Assembly: GCA_903869825.1 (NCBI GenBank)
Contig: CAIQAL010000028.1
Location: 1,315-65,314 of the forward strand
Reading direction: 5' to 3'
DNA: 64,000 bases
Origin: an uncultured bacterium
Lineage (GTDB): Bacteria > Patescibacteriota > Minisyncoccia > Phycocordibacterales > UBA9973
The first letter of the stretch is position 1; every line of letters starts with the position of its first letter. The notes beneath the pieces were generated by a model. The model was given only the letters and a program-made list of their open reading frames with translations, ran no database searches and was not told the DNA's origin. This document shows, piece after piece, positions 40,910 through 52,954 of this stretch. The position numbers and the translations under genes are program-made.

Positions 40910-40981
40910 GCCACCTCTCGGGATTGAACCGAGGACCCCGTCTTTACGAAAGACGTGCTCTACCAACTGAGCTAAGGTGGC
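40910..40981 (-). tRNA. tRNA-Thr (anticodon CGU), no encoded CCA
   Basis: minus-strand cloverleaf GCCACCU...AGGUGGC, D-arm GCUCAGUUGGUAGAGC, anticodon stem CGUCU/AGACG loop UUCGUAA, T-arm GGUUCAAUCC. Confidence 0.8.
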
Positions 40982-41052
40982 AAAAAATTTTCAATTAATT
41001 AACAAAAGTGAAATTACTTAAATTTAACTTTAAATAACCTTTATTGCAAACG

Positions 41053-42099
41053 TCATTTCGAAAGTGCTTCAATCACACTCGCAGTACTGTCTGAAGGAGT
41101 TTTTGTTTGAGAACCAAAAATGTTTAGATTAATAAACCAAAGGGCAAAAATCAAGCATAGAACGGAAAGCCCACGAAATAATATCATTGGATGATTCTTC
41201 TTTGATTTTTTTATTATTATTAGAAGTAAGGCGATAGAAACGAAAAGGAAAAATGCTACAAAAATATAATTCACATACTCCCTAGGTGAAGTAAAAATTC
41301 GGCTCAAAAATACTTTAGTATTTGAATAATTTTTTGTTAAATCCCCCTGATTTGTAGCTTCGCCCAAAACTCTCGTTTCGACGGGAGTAGCAGGTAAAAC
41401 TGTCTTTACCCCTGTTGCCAGTTTAGGTTCAGCTTTTACAGGGGTTTTCGGCACAACGGGGTTTTGAGGGATAATGGATTTATTCTGGGCCACTTGCACG
41501 GTCGAAACTGAAGGATGGGTTCCAAAAAATTGCGCTACGAAAACTGTATTTTTCCCTTCGAAAATTCCATTTGCCACCCCGAACCCAACTTCGGTAAATT
41601 CTTTTTTTACTATGTTTGCACGGTGAGCTGGAGAATTCATCCAGGCTTCCGCGATATCTTTTGATTCAAAAAAGTTTATTGCTAAGTTTTCTCCCGCATA
41701 ACTATAATTGTAACCGACTTGATCGAAAAAATACCAAGGATCTTTCCCGTCAGGAGTAATGTGAGAAAAATATCCCCGGGTAGCCATATCATCCGCTTTC
41801 ATTTGAGCTGCCTTATCAAGTAAATTACTCTCGACAAGAGGGGGGGCATCGTTTTCTGCCCGATCTTGGTTCGTGAGTGAAGTAAGGACTGCAGGCAAAA
41901 CCGCTCCTAGTAATTTCGTTTTATCAAAAACAACAAATATTTGAGTAAGAAACAAAACCTCTATTCCGACAAGAACAACCAGTGAAACCATGACTGCTTT
42001 TGCTCTGAAAAAATGAGGTTTGTGATCATTACCTTCGTGAGGGATGAAATATTTTCTGAAACCTTTGACTAATTTCCACATTAATTGATTATATAACAC
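41053..42099 (-). CDS. CAP/SCP (YkwD-like) domain secreted protein with N- and C-terminal TM segments
   Basis: CAP-domain stretch ...GYFSHITPDG...YAGENLA...EAWMNSPAHRANI... Confidence 0.65.
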   Translation of the reverse strand: MLYNQLMWKLVKGFRKYFIPHEGNDHKPHFFRAKAVMVSLVVLVGIEVLFLTQIFVVFDKTKLLGAVLPAVLTSLTNQDRAENDAPPLVESNLLDKAAQMKADDMATRGYFSHITPDGKDPWYFFDQVGYNYSYAGENLAINFFESKDIAEAWMNSPAHRANIVKKEFTEVGFGVANGIFEGKNTVFVAQFFGTHPSVSTVQVAQNKSIIPQNPVVPKTPVKAEPKLATGVKTVLPATPVETRVLGEATNQGDLTKNYSNTKVFLSRIFTSPREYVNYIFVAFFLFVSIALLLIIIKKSKKNHPMILFRGLSVLCLIFALWFINLNIFGSQTKTPSDSTASVIEALSK

Positions 42100-42166
42100 A
42101 AAAACTAATCGTCAACTTTACTATTTTTTAAAAAAACAGTTCATGCTTGTATTTATTTTTTGTCTG

Positions 42167-42443
42167 AGCCGTTGATCGGGATTGAACCGATGACCTCGAT
42201 ATTCGTTTACACCTCCATTTCGCCCAAAATGGGCTTATAGAAGGACTAGACTGTATCTTACGCATATCTTTCGATGAAGCGTCCCTTGTCAGTCGTTCGG
42301 GCGGAAGTACATTTCTGCGCTCTCGCCACGGTCTTGTCCTTTTCAGGATATTAACCGTAATTCGGGTTTCACAAGCAAGTTTCCTCGCAAGCGGGCTATT
42401 AACGATAACCAATATCGTGCTCTACCAACTGAGCTACAACGGC
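42167..42443 (-). tRNA. tRNA-Thr (anticodon GGU) interrupted by ~204-nt group-I-like intron between positions 36/37
   Basis: 5' exon (42408-42443) GCCGUUGUAGCUCAGUUGGUAGAGCACGAUAUUGGU; 3' exon (42167-42203) AAUAUCGAGGUCAUCGGUUCAAUCCCGAUCAACGGCU; exons join to canonical cloverleaf with loop UUGGUAA; intron ends in G, 5' exon ends in U, contains AAGAUA...CAGUCUAGUCC element like group I J8/7-P7. Confidence 0.55.
42204..42407 (-). mobile_element. group-I-like self-splicing intron in tRNA anticodon loop (no ORF)
   Basis: 204 nt between tRNA halves; U(-1)/terminal G; GAAA-loop helices (GCGAGGAAACUUGC), P7-like CAGUCUAGUCC; size similar to bacterial tRNA IC3 introns. Confidence 0.5.
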
Positions 42444-42565
42444 ATATTTTTTTCTAATGAACCGGTGACCCAGGTAATTCCTAATGCGGTCATACCTCCT
42501 CACCCTAAATTATTTTACCCTTACTTTACAAACATATTCTCTCTGCTCAAGGTAGACCCACTCTT

Positions 42566-42603
42566 TACCAATATCGTGCTCTACCAACTGAGCTACAACG
42601 GCT
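42566..42603 (-). repeat. 38-nt direct duplicate of tRNA-Thr(GGU) 5' half (positions 1-38) carrying intron-less anticodon loop UUGGUAA
   Basis: accaatatcgtgctctaccaactgagctacaacggc identical to 42408-42443; followed (minus strand) by AA then unrelated sequence; no matching 3' half. Confidence 0.6.
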
Positions 42604-42643
42604 TATTTATTTTTTTGGAGATGTTAGAATACTACTATATTTT

Positions 42644-43843
42644 TTAAGGATTTTCAATGATTGCTTCTTTTTGAAGAACCATTTTTGATTTCAAAAAAAT
42701 AAAAACAATCATTGCAGCAAACGCTACCATTGCCGCAAATAAAAATGCATATGAAGGATTTATGGTCCAGAGGAATCCTGCAACAAGCGAGGCAGGAAGA
42801 TAAATAATTCCGGTGGTAAAATTATACATTCCAATAGCTGTTGCTCTTCTTTCCTTTTCAATATCTGCGATAAACGCCTTGCTTTGGGCTTCATCAATAC
42901 TGTAAAAAACACCAAATAAAATAAACAGCCCAATAATTTCCCATTTTTCTGTGGCAAAAATGAAGCCTATAGACATCAAAATGTACACAATATACTCGAG
43001 GATAATAATTGATTTTCTTCCAATAACATCTCCTAGTTTACCTATCGGAATTGAAATAATTACAAAAGAAATATTAAACAAGGCATACAGAAGCACGACA
43101 TCTTTTAACGCAAAACCGACTGCATAAGCTTTTAGTAATAAAAATGCAAAAGAAAAATACGCCAGAGAAAAAATTCCAGCAGGGATAAGATAAAGTTTAA
43201 ATCCTTTACTTAGGGTGCTTGATGCTTTAAAAATATTTTCTTTTTTGTGTGGGATTCCGGGACGATCTTTCATAATGGAAAGAATAATGACTGCTCCAAT
43301 CGCACAAGCAACAGCAGAGACGAAAATAATATGGAAAGCCCCTAGCTTTGTACCAAACGCGCTTAAAACAAAATACGCAAAGATAGGACCAAGAATTGCC
43401 CCGGACTTATCAAGCGCTTTATGCACTCCAAAAGAGTATCCCCTATTTGCTTCGCCGGCCACTTCCGATATCCACGCATCTCTCGGGGGGCCACGAAAAC
43501 TCTTCCCCAATCGCTCGATAATTCGGAAAGAAGCAAGGATTGCAACCGAATTTGCAAACAGAAGGAGTGCTTTTGCTAAAGTCGAAAAACCATATCCAAG
43601 CATAGTTAACGCTTTTCTTTTACCTGATTTATCTGAAAGCCAACCGGCAAAATAATCGAGCGAAGAAGCGGAAAAATCAGCAAAACCTTCGACAAATCCC
43701 AAAAAAGCTACTGAGGCTCCGGCGATTGTAGTGAAAAAAATTGAAAAAACAGAAAAAATTGCTTCGGAACTGACATCCGTCAAAAAACTCACAAACCCGA
43801 GTCTCAAGATATCTGGATGAACGTTGAATAATTTTTTTTTCAT
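42644..43843 (-). CDS. MFS transporter (12 TM)
   Basis: 399 aa, 12 TM, MFS loop motif GWLSDKSGKRK. Confidence 0.65.
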   Translation of the reverse strand: MKKKLFNVHPDILRLGFVSFLTDVSSEAIFSVFSIFFTTIAGASVAFLGFVEGFADFSASSLDYFAGWLSDKSGKRKALTMLGYGFSTLAKALLLFANSVAILASFRIIERLGKSFRGPPRDAWISEVAGEANRGYSFGVHKALDKSGAILGPIFAYFVLSAFGTKLGAFHIIFVSAVACAIGAVIILSIMKDRPGIPHKKENIFKASSTLSKGFKLYLIPAGIFSLAYFSFAFLLLKAYAVGFALKDVVLLYALFNISFVIISIPIGKLGDVIGRKSIIILEYIVYILMSIGFIFATEKWEIIGLFILFGVFYSIDEAQSKAFIADIEKERRATAIGMYNFTTGIIYLPASLVAGFLWTINPSYAFLFAAMVAFAAMIVFIFLKSKMVLQKEAIIENP

Positions 43844-43861
43844 TTTTTTAATAAAAAATTA

Positions 43862-45190
43862 TTAATTCCAAGAGATAGTGTGCTCCCGATCCGGGCCCGT
43901 TCCAACCGAAACAATTTCAACACCAAAATCCGTCAATTTATTTTTGATGTAATCTAAATATAGTGAAAGCGCCGGAGAAACATTTTCTTTTTTAGAAATT
44001 CCGTAGTTTGCTCCACCCCAACCCGCCATTTCCTCAGTAGTAACATCTGTAACTTGGTTTAAGCGAAGCGGAAATTCTTTCATCATTTTTCCATTTTCCA
44101 AATACTCGGTTACTACTTTTATTTTATCGGTTGGACAAATATCCGCTTTGTTGACGAAAATCTTATTTGCCCCAGAAAGTCCGATAGCATATTTAAGCGC
44201 AACCAAATCAAGCCATCCACACATTCTCGAGCGACCGGTCGTAGCTCCAAATTCATGCCCGGCATCTTGAAACAACTTTTCCACTTCTTTATCTTTTATT
44301 CTAGCCGGAAAATCTCCCCCACCAACTTTCGTGGTATAAGCTTTTATTACTCCATAAATATCTCGGATTGTACGATGGGATACTCCCAGCCCCAATGAAA
44401 CATTGGCAGGCAAGGTATTAGAACTCGTGACATTCGGATAATCTCCATAATCTATATCGAGCATTATCCCTTGCGCCCCTTCCGCTAAAATATTTTTTCC
44501 TTCGGCAAGTCTTTTTTGAAGAAGAGATGACAAGTCACAGATTTTTAATTTTTTAACTAAGGCTAGTGCTTCTTGCCATTTTTCTTTCATTTCCATTATT
44601 TTTTCGTTCGGAATTTCAAAACCAGCTTCCCTTTGATACATTTTCAAAAAATCCATATGAATCTTGGCAAGGTTTTCTTCTTTTTGATTAAAATCAGAAA
44701 ACAAAATGTCTCCTATTAAAAGTCCCCTCCGGGCACGTGAATCACTATAGGTCGGGCCAATGCCCCGGGAAGTGGTTCCGATTTTTTCGCCGTCCTTGCT
44801 TCGGTAAGCTTCTTCTGCTTTATCTAAAAAAGGATGAAGCGCTGTAACTAATTTTGCTCGATTCGAAATATATAAACGATTTTCGACATCAAATCCTAAA
44901 TTTTTTAATTCTTTAATTTCTTTGACCAAAGATACTATGTCCACCACTACTCCGTTCCCAACATACAATTCTACTCCTTCCCTTAAACAGCCAGAAGGAA
45001 CAATGTGTCCAATAAATTCAGTATTTCCAAACTTTAAAGTGTGCCCAGCGTTTGCTCCACCTTGAAAACGAGCCACTCCAGAATAAATTCCACTTGAGAG
45101 AAGTTCGTCAATATTTTTTCCTTTCCCTTCATCTCCCCACTGAAGACCCACTAAGACATCAATAAACCCCTTCTTTCCATTTGTACTCAT
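43862..45190 (-). CDS. purA: adenylosuccinate synthetase
   Basis: QWGDEGKGK P-loop, GIGPTY, overall 430-aa PurA pattern; start set at MSTNGKKG to avoid overlap with guaB. Confidence 0.9.
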   Translation of the reverse strand: MSTNGKKGFIDVLVGLQWGDEGKGKNIDELLSSGIYSGVARFQGGANAGHTLKFGNTEFIGHIVPSGCLREGVELYVGNGVVVDIVSLVKEIKELKNLGFDVENRLYISNRAKLVTALHPFLDKAEEAYRSKDGEKIGTTSRGIGPTYSDSRARRGLLIGDILFSDFNQKEENLAKIHMDFLKMYQREAGFEIPNEKIMEMKEKWQEALALVKKLKICDLSSLLQKRLAEGKNILAEGAQGIMLDIDYGDYPNVTSSNTLPANVSLGLGVSHRTIRDIYGVIKAYTTKVGGGDFPARIKDKEVEKLFQDAGHEFGATTGRSRMCGWLDLVALKYAIGLSGANKIFVNKADICPTDKIKVVTEYLENGKMMKEFPLRLNQVTDVTTEEMAGWGGANYGISKKENVSPALSLYLDYIKNKLTDFGVEIVSVGTGPDREHTISWN

Positions 45191-45197
45191 ATTTATT

Positions 45198-48768
<3,571 letters not shown>

Positions 48769-48769
48769 A

Positions 48770-49453
48770 TTAAAAATCGTCTCGCATAAGATACCCAATC
48801 CCTCGGACACTTTCGAATATTTTTTTATTTCGCTTCTTTTCCAATTTCTTTCTAAGGTTGTTGATGTGAACATCTACAAAATTGCTGAACGATTCGGAAT
48901 TAAAATCCCACATATTAAAAATAATTTCGTCTCGAGTAAGCACTCGATTCGGATGACGCATCATATATTCCAAAAGTCCAAACTCTTTTAAGGTAAGTTT
49001 CACTTCCTTTTTGTCAATGTAAACTTTTCTAGTTATTGGATTCAAGCTCAAATTACCAACGGAAAGTTTGCTTATTAGAGACGATTCTTTGGGCCTTCTT
49101 AAAATTGCTCGCACGCGAGCCAAAAGCTCTTTGAATTCAAATGGCTTAGTCAAATAATCGTCCGCTCCTTTGTCGAGGGCTGAAATTTTGTCATCAATGA
49201 AATTTCTTGCAGTCAAAACCAAAATTGGAATATCGATTCCCTGACCTCTGACATCCCGACAAATTTCAAAGCCGTCTTTTCCGGGTAACATCAAATCAAG
49301 GATAACCAAGTCGTAATTTTTGTAATAAACCTCAATCCTTCTTAGTCCCACAATTCCGTCGGCTATTAAATCAACAACATAGCCTTCCTTTTCGAGGCCT
49401 ATTTTGATTAATTTCGCAATATTTTCTTCATCCTCTATAACTAAAATCTTCAT
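48770..49453 (-). CDS. OmpR-family response regulator (receiver + winged-helix)
   Basis: MKILVIEDEENIA...DLMLPGKDG receiver; C-terminal LTLKEFGLLEYMMRHPNRVLTRDEI winged helix. Confidence 0.85.
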   Translation of the reverse strand: MKILVIEDEENIAKLIKIGLEKEGYVVDLIADGIVGLRRIEVYYKNYDLVILDLMLPGKDGFEICRDVRGQGIDIPILVLTARNFIDDKISALDKGADDYLTKPFEFKELLARVRAILRRPKESSLISKLSVGNLSLNPITRKVYIDKKEVKLTLKEFGLLEYMMRHPNRVLTRDEIIFNMWDFNSESFSNFVDVHINNLRKKLEKKRNKKIFESVRGIGYLMRDDF

Positions 49454-49514
49454 ATCTAGTTAATTATCTCACTATAAAAAAGTAAGTCAAGAATTTAATG
49501 TGGATTTAATGAAT

Positions 49515-50177
49515 CTAATTTGCCTTTATTTTCCAAGCCTCAATTTCCTTATGATTTCCAGAAAGAAGAATTTCAGGGACTTTATAATTTTTATTCTTGT
49601 GTTTCAAAGCTTCGGGTCTCGTATAAACTTCACTCGAAGAAATCCTTTCTTCTTCTAAAGATTCATACTTTCCGAGCACTCCGGGGATTTGACGGGATAT
49701 ACAGTCAATTAAAATCATTGCTGGTAATTCTCCCCCGGTCAAGACATAGTCTCCTATGGAAACCTTTTTAGTTTTTAAAATTTTATCCACCCGGGCATCG
49801 ATACCTTCATAACGTCCACAAATAAAAATGATATCCGTATATTTTTTTGAAATAGTTTTTGCAAAGTCTGTGGTAAATTTTTCGGCGCTTGGAATAAAAT
49901 TAATAGTTAAGATTTTATTTTTTTTATTTTTTATTTTTGAAATGGCCTTTTCCACTGCCAGAATTATCGGTTCCGCTTTCATCACCATCCCAGGACCCCC
50001 AGAATATGGTTTATCATCCACTGGCTTGTAACCATTTTTATTTTTATCTTTAATAAAATCCCTCGGGTTATAAAAAACAACCGAAATATGCTTATTCTTA
50101 ATCGCTCGCCCAATAATAGATTCATTTAAGTATGAATCAAAAATATTAGGGAAAATTGTAATAACGTGAAAACGCAT
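49515..50177 (-). CDS. trmD: tRNA (guanine37-N1)-methyltransferase
   Basis: MRFHVITIFPNIF N-terminus, SPOUT knot motifs GGELPAMILIDCISR. Confidence 0.9.
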   Translation of the reverse strand: MRFHVITIFPNIFDSYLNESIIGRAIKNKHISVVFYNPRDFIKDKNKNGYKPVDDKPYSGGPGMVMKAEPIILAVEKAISKIKNKKNKILTINFIPSAEKFTTDFAKTISKKYTDIIFICGRYEGIDARVDKILKTKKVSIGDYVLTGGELPAMILIDCISRQIPGVLGKYESLEEERISSSEVYTRPEALKHKNKNYKVPEILLSGNHKEIEAWKIKAN

Positions 50178-50198
50178 ATTGTTATATTAGCACAAAAA

Positions 50199-50226
50199 CA
50201 AAAAACCGCTTGTAGCGGTTTTTTGT
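50199..50226 (-). terminator. intrinsic terminator between KH-protein gene and trmD
   Basis: aaaaaaccgct-tgt-agcggttttttg hairpin with flanking A/T runs. Confidence 0.55.
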
Positions 50227-50243
50227 AATAGTTTAAATTCTAT

Positions 50244-50570
50244 TTAGATTCCTTTCAAATCTTCCATTGCTTGGTCTACGGTCTTCAGTGATGAAGAAGG
50301 AACATGTGGTGGTCTTTCACTTCCTTCCGGCTCGTTGATTTTTAAGTTCACGCGAGCATTGTTCTTCATCCCAATAACTCGGAGTAATGTGCGGATAGCT
50401 TTGGCAGTGTTTCCCATTCTCCCGATAATCTTACCCATATCGGCAGGATTAACGGTCAAAGAAATAAGCACCCCCATTTCGTCGACAGTCCGGTCGATTT
50501 TGACATCGTTCGGATTATCTACTAGAGCTTTTACGACATATTCCAAAAATATCTTGTCAGCGTCTTGCAT
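50244..50570 (-). CDS. KH-domain RNA-binding protein (YlqC/UPF0109-like)
   Basis: GKIIGRMGNTAKAIRTLL KH GxxG loop; position between rpsP and trmD as in many bacteria. Confidence 0.75.
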   Translation of the reverse strand: MQDADKIFLEYVVKALVDNPNDVKIDRTVDEMGVLISLTVNPADMGKIIGRMGNTAKAIRTLLRVIGMKNNARVNLKINEPEGSERPPHVPSSSLKTVDQAMEDLKGI

Positions 50571-50643
50571 AGTATTCAGAGAGATAATATTTTTTAATCA
50601 TGGCAGTATCCGACCAATAACTGCTTCACCCTATTATATAGAA

Positions 50644-50952
50644 TTATTTCTTAGCTTTCAACTCTTTTTTCTTTTGAGTAGGTTTCTTTTTAGGTAAAAC
50701 GTTTATTTTCTTACCTTCTATAGCTTTTTGATGGACTAAGAAATTGTGCATAGTATCGGAAAGTTTGGCGCCTTTTCCCATCCAGTAGATTATCCTGTCG
50801 GTTTTGAAATTGGTAACTCCCGCCTTGGGATTGTAATTTCCAACAATTTCCAAAAATCTTCCGCTTTTTGTGCTATTTTTTGAATCTGTCAAAACAGCTC
50901 GAAAAGACGGATCATTCTTCCTGCCTATTCTTTGTAATCTAATTTTTAACAT
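50644..50952 (-). CDS. rpsP: 30S ribosomal protein S16
   Basis: MLKIRLQRIGRKNDPSFRAV...GNYNP conserved S16 N-terminus. Confidence 0.9.
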   Translation of the reverse strand: MLKIRLQRIGRKNDPSFRAVLTDSKNSTKSGRFLEIVGNYNPKAGVTNFKTDRIIYWMGKGAKLSDTMHNFLVHQKAIEGKKINVLPKKKPTQKKKELKAKK

Positions 50953-51042
50953 AAAAACAGTTTAGCATATATTACAAAAAAGGCAAATAAAATTTAACCT
51001 TGAAAAGGTTTCTTTTTTTTGTGCTATATTAAAGTAATAATT

Positions 51043-52938
51043 ATGAATAGACCAATCAAAACGAAACATTTTCTATGGGCCGGGATTGCCGTTTCGCTGG
51101 GGCTTCTTTTAGCTGTGGTTGCTACTAAAAGTAGCGGTTCAGAAAAAATCGAATCAAAAGATCCTATTCCTCAAATTGTTCAAATCCCAAATAATAGCCC
51201 CCAAACCCCTGAAAATTTCTATTTTATTAAAAACTCGACCAAAAAACCTCTTGTTTCCGCCGAGGCATATTATGTGGGAGATTTGGATACCGGAGAAATA
51301 ATCCTGAAAAAAAATGAAACTACGCAATTCCCTATCGCTTCTGTTTCAAAACTTATGACCGCTACCATCTCGGAAGAGCTTCAAAATCAGGGAGATGAAG
51401 CAACGATATCAAAAACTGCTCTTGCAACTAATGGCGAAAATGGCGGTTTCCATTTAAACGAAAAAATAAAAATAAGTGACTTACTCTACCCTCTCCTTTT
51501 AGAATCGAGCAACGATGCTGCCGAGGCAATTGCGGAAAACTCCGGCAGAGATTTTTTTATAAAGAAAATGAACGAAAAGGCAAAAGACCTTGGACTTTTA
51601 AACACTACTTTTGAAGACCCAAGCGGACTTTCGGAAAATAATAAATCTACGGCGATCGATCTTTTCACTTTTGCGACAGATCTAAAAAAGAATTTTCCAG
51701 ACTTACTTCAGATTTCTTCTTTAAAGAGTTACAAAAACAAGTCCCACATCTGGTTTAGTAATAGTCAGTTTTTAGAACTCCCAGGATATCAAGGAGGGAA
51801 AAGAGGCTATACCAATCCAGCCAGAGAAAATGCACTTTCTCTGTTTACCTTACCTCTTGGAAAAGTTGGAATGCGAAATATCGGGATTGTGGTTCTTCGA
51901 AGTGCAGATAGATACAAAGACGTAAAAAATATTTTAAATTATTTGAATAAATATGTTTATTATGGAGGTACCGTTGACGCAGATATGGCTTGGGTAAAAA
52001 GTAAAGACAAAATTGAAGACGAAAGCGTAATATCTCCGAATTCGATTAGTTTACTATTCGGAGGCGACTTAATGTTAGATCGAGGAGTAAGAAGTTCTGT
52101 CCTAAAGAATTTTAACGGAGATTATTCGGCACTATTTAATAATCTTGATTTATTAAAAAAAGCTGACATTGCTTTTGCAAATTTGGAAGGACCTGCCTCA
52201 GATATAGGGAGCGACAAACACAACCTTTATTCTTTCAGAATGGACCCCTCTGTAATTCCCGCTTTGAAAGGAGCCGGTTTTAGCGTCTTGTCGGTTGCAA
52301 ATAATCATGTGGGAGATTGGGGTCGCGATGCGTATGCAGACACCCTCTCGAGGCTAACGGAAAACGAAATAGGATACACTGGAGGTGGAACAAATATCAA
52401 GGAAGCTGGAAAACCCAAAATTATCGAAAAATTTGGCTTTAAAGTAGGTTATCTTGGATTTTCCGACGTTGGACCAACCTGGATGAAAGCAGATGACACA
52501 AATGCGGGGATTTTGCTTGCGAGTGATCCGAATTTTGACACAATAGTAAGCAGTGCTGCAAAACAAGTTGACCTTTTAGTTGTCTCATTCCACTTTGGAG
52601 TAGAGTACCAAACTAAACATAACGCTCAACAAGAAGCTTTGGCTCACAAGGCGATTGATGATGGGGCAAAAATAATTATCGGTTCACATCCACACGTAGC
52701 AGAAGATACTGAGGTTTACAAAAATGGTTACATTGCTTACTCGCTCGGCAATTTTATTTTTGATCAATATTTTTCTCAAAACACGATGCAAGGAACGTTA
52801 CTTGAAGTAACATATAACAAAGATGGAACTCTTGTCGTAAAAAAAGACACAGTTCTCCTAAATCATGCATTCCAACCAAATAAAGTTATTCTAGGAAAAG
52901 AAGAAAAGATAAAATTTAAGACAGTGAAAACTCAATAA
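51043..52938 (+). CDS. fusion: D-alanyl-D-alanine carboxypeptidase (S11/PBP5-like) + CapA/PgsA metallophosphatase-like domain
   Basis: N-terminal TM; SVSKLMT (SxxK) and SSN motif of class-A low-MW PBPs; C-terminal half with FANLEGP...NNHVGDWG...GSHPHV motifs of CapA (PGA_cap) family. Confidence 0.65.
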   Translation: MNRPIKTKHFLWAGIAVSLGLLLAVVATKSSGSEKIESKDPIPQIVQIPNNSPQTPENFYFIKNSTKKPLVSAEAYYVGDLDTGEIILKKNETTQFPIASVSKLMTATISEELQNQGDEATISKTALATNGENGGFHLNEKIKISDLLYPLLLESSNDAAEAIAENSGRDFFIKKMNEKAKDLGLLNTTFEDPSGLSENNKSTAIDLFTFATDLKKNFPDLLQISSLKSYKNKSHIWFSNSQFLELPGYQGGKRGYTNPARENALSLFTLPLGKVGMRNIGIVVLRSADRYKDVKNILNYLNKYVYYGGTVDADMAWVKSKDKIEDESVISPNSISLLFGGDLMLDRGVRSSVLKNFNGDYSALFNNLDLLKKADIAFANLEGPASDIGSDKHNLYSFRMDPSVIPALKGAGFSVLSVANNHVGDWGRDAYADTLSRLTENEIGYTGGGTNIKEAGKPKIIEKFGFKVGYLGFSDVGPTWMKADDTNAGILLASDPNFDTIVSSAAKQVDLLVVSFHFGVEYQTKHNAQQEALAHKAIDDGAKIIIGSHPHVAEDTEVYKNGYIAYSLGNFIFDQYFSQNTMQGTLLEVTYNKDGTLVVKKDTVLLNHAFQPNKVILGKEEKIKFKTVKTQ

Positions 52939-52954
52939 AATTTTTAAAAAAATA

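Noticed and set aside
42128-42412. 94-aa minus-strand ORF
   Set aside because: Lies entirely inside the tRNA 3' exon plus group-I-like intron; it has no homing-endonuclease motifs and is too short for an intron ORF.
42480-42500. cctcctcacc, an anti-Shine-Dalgarno-like string in the spacer between the tRNA repeat copies
   Set aside because: Short, with no surrounding 16S-like sequence; likely chance.
42417-42647. 76-aa + strand ORF (MLYQLSYNG... repeated twice)
   Set aside because: It is the antisense translation of the two tRNA-Thr 5'-half copies; the internal protein repeat just mirrors the DNA repeat.
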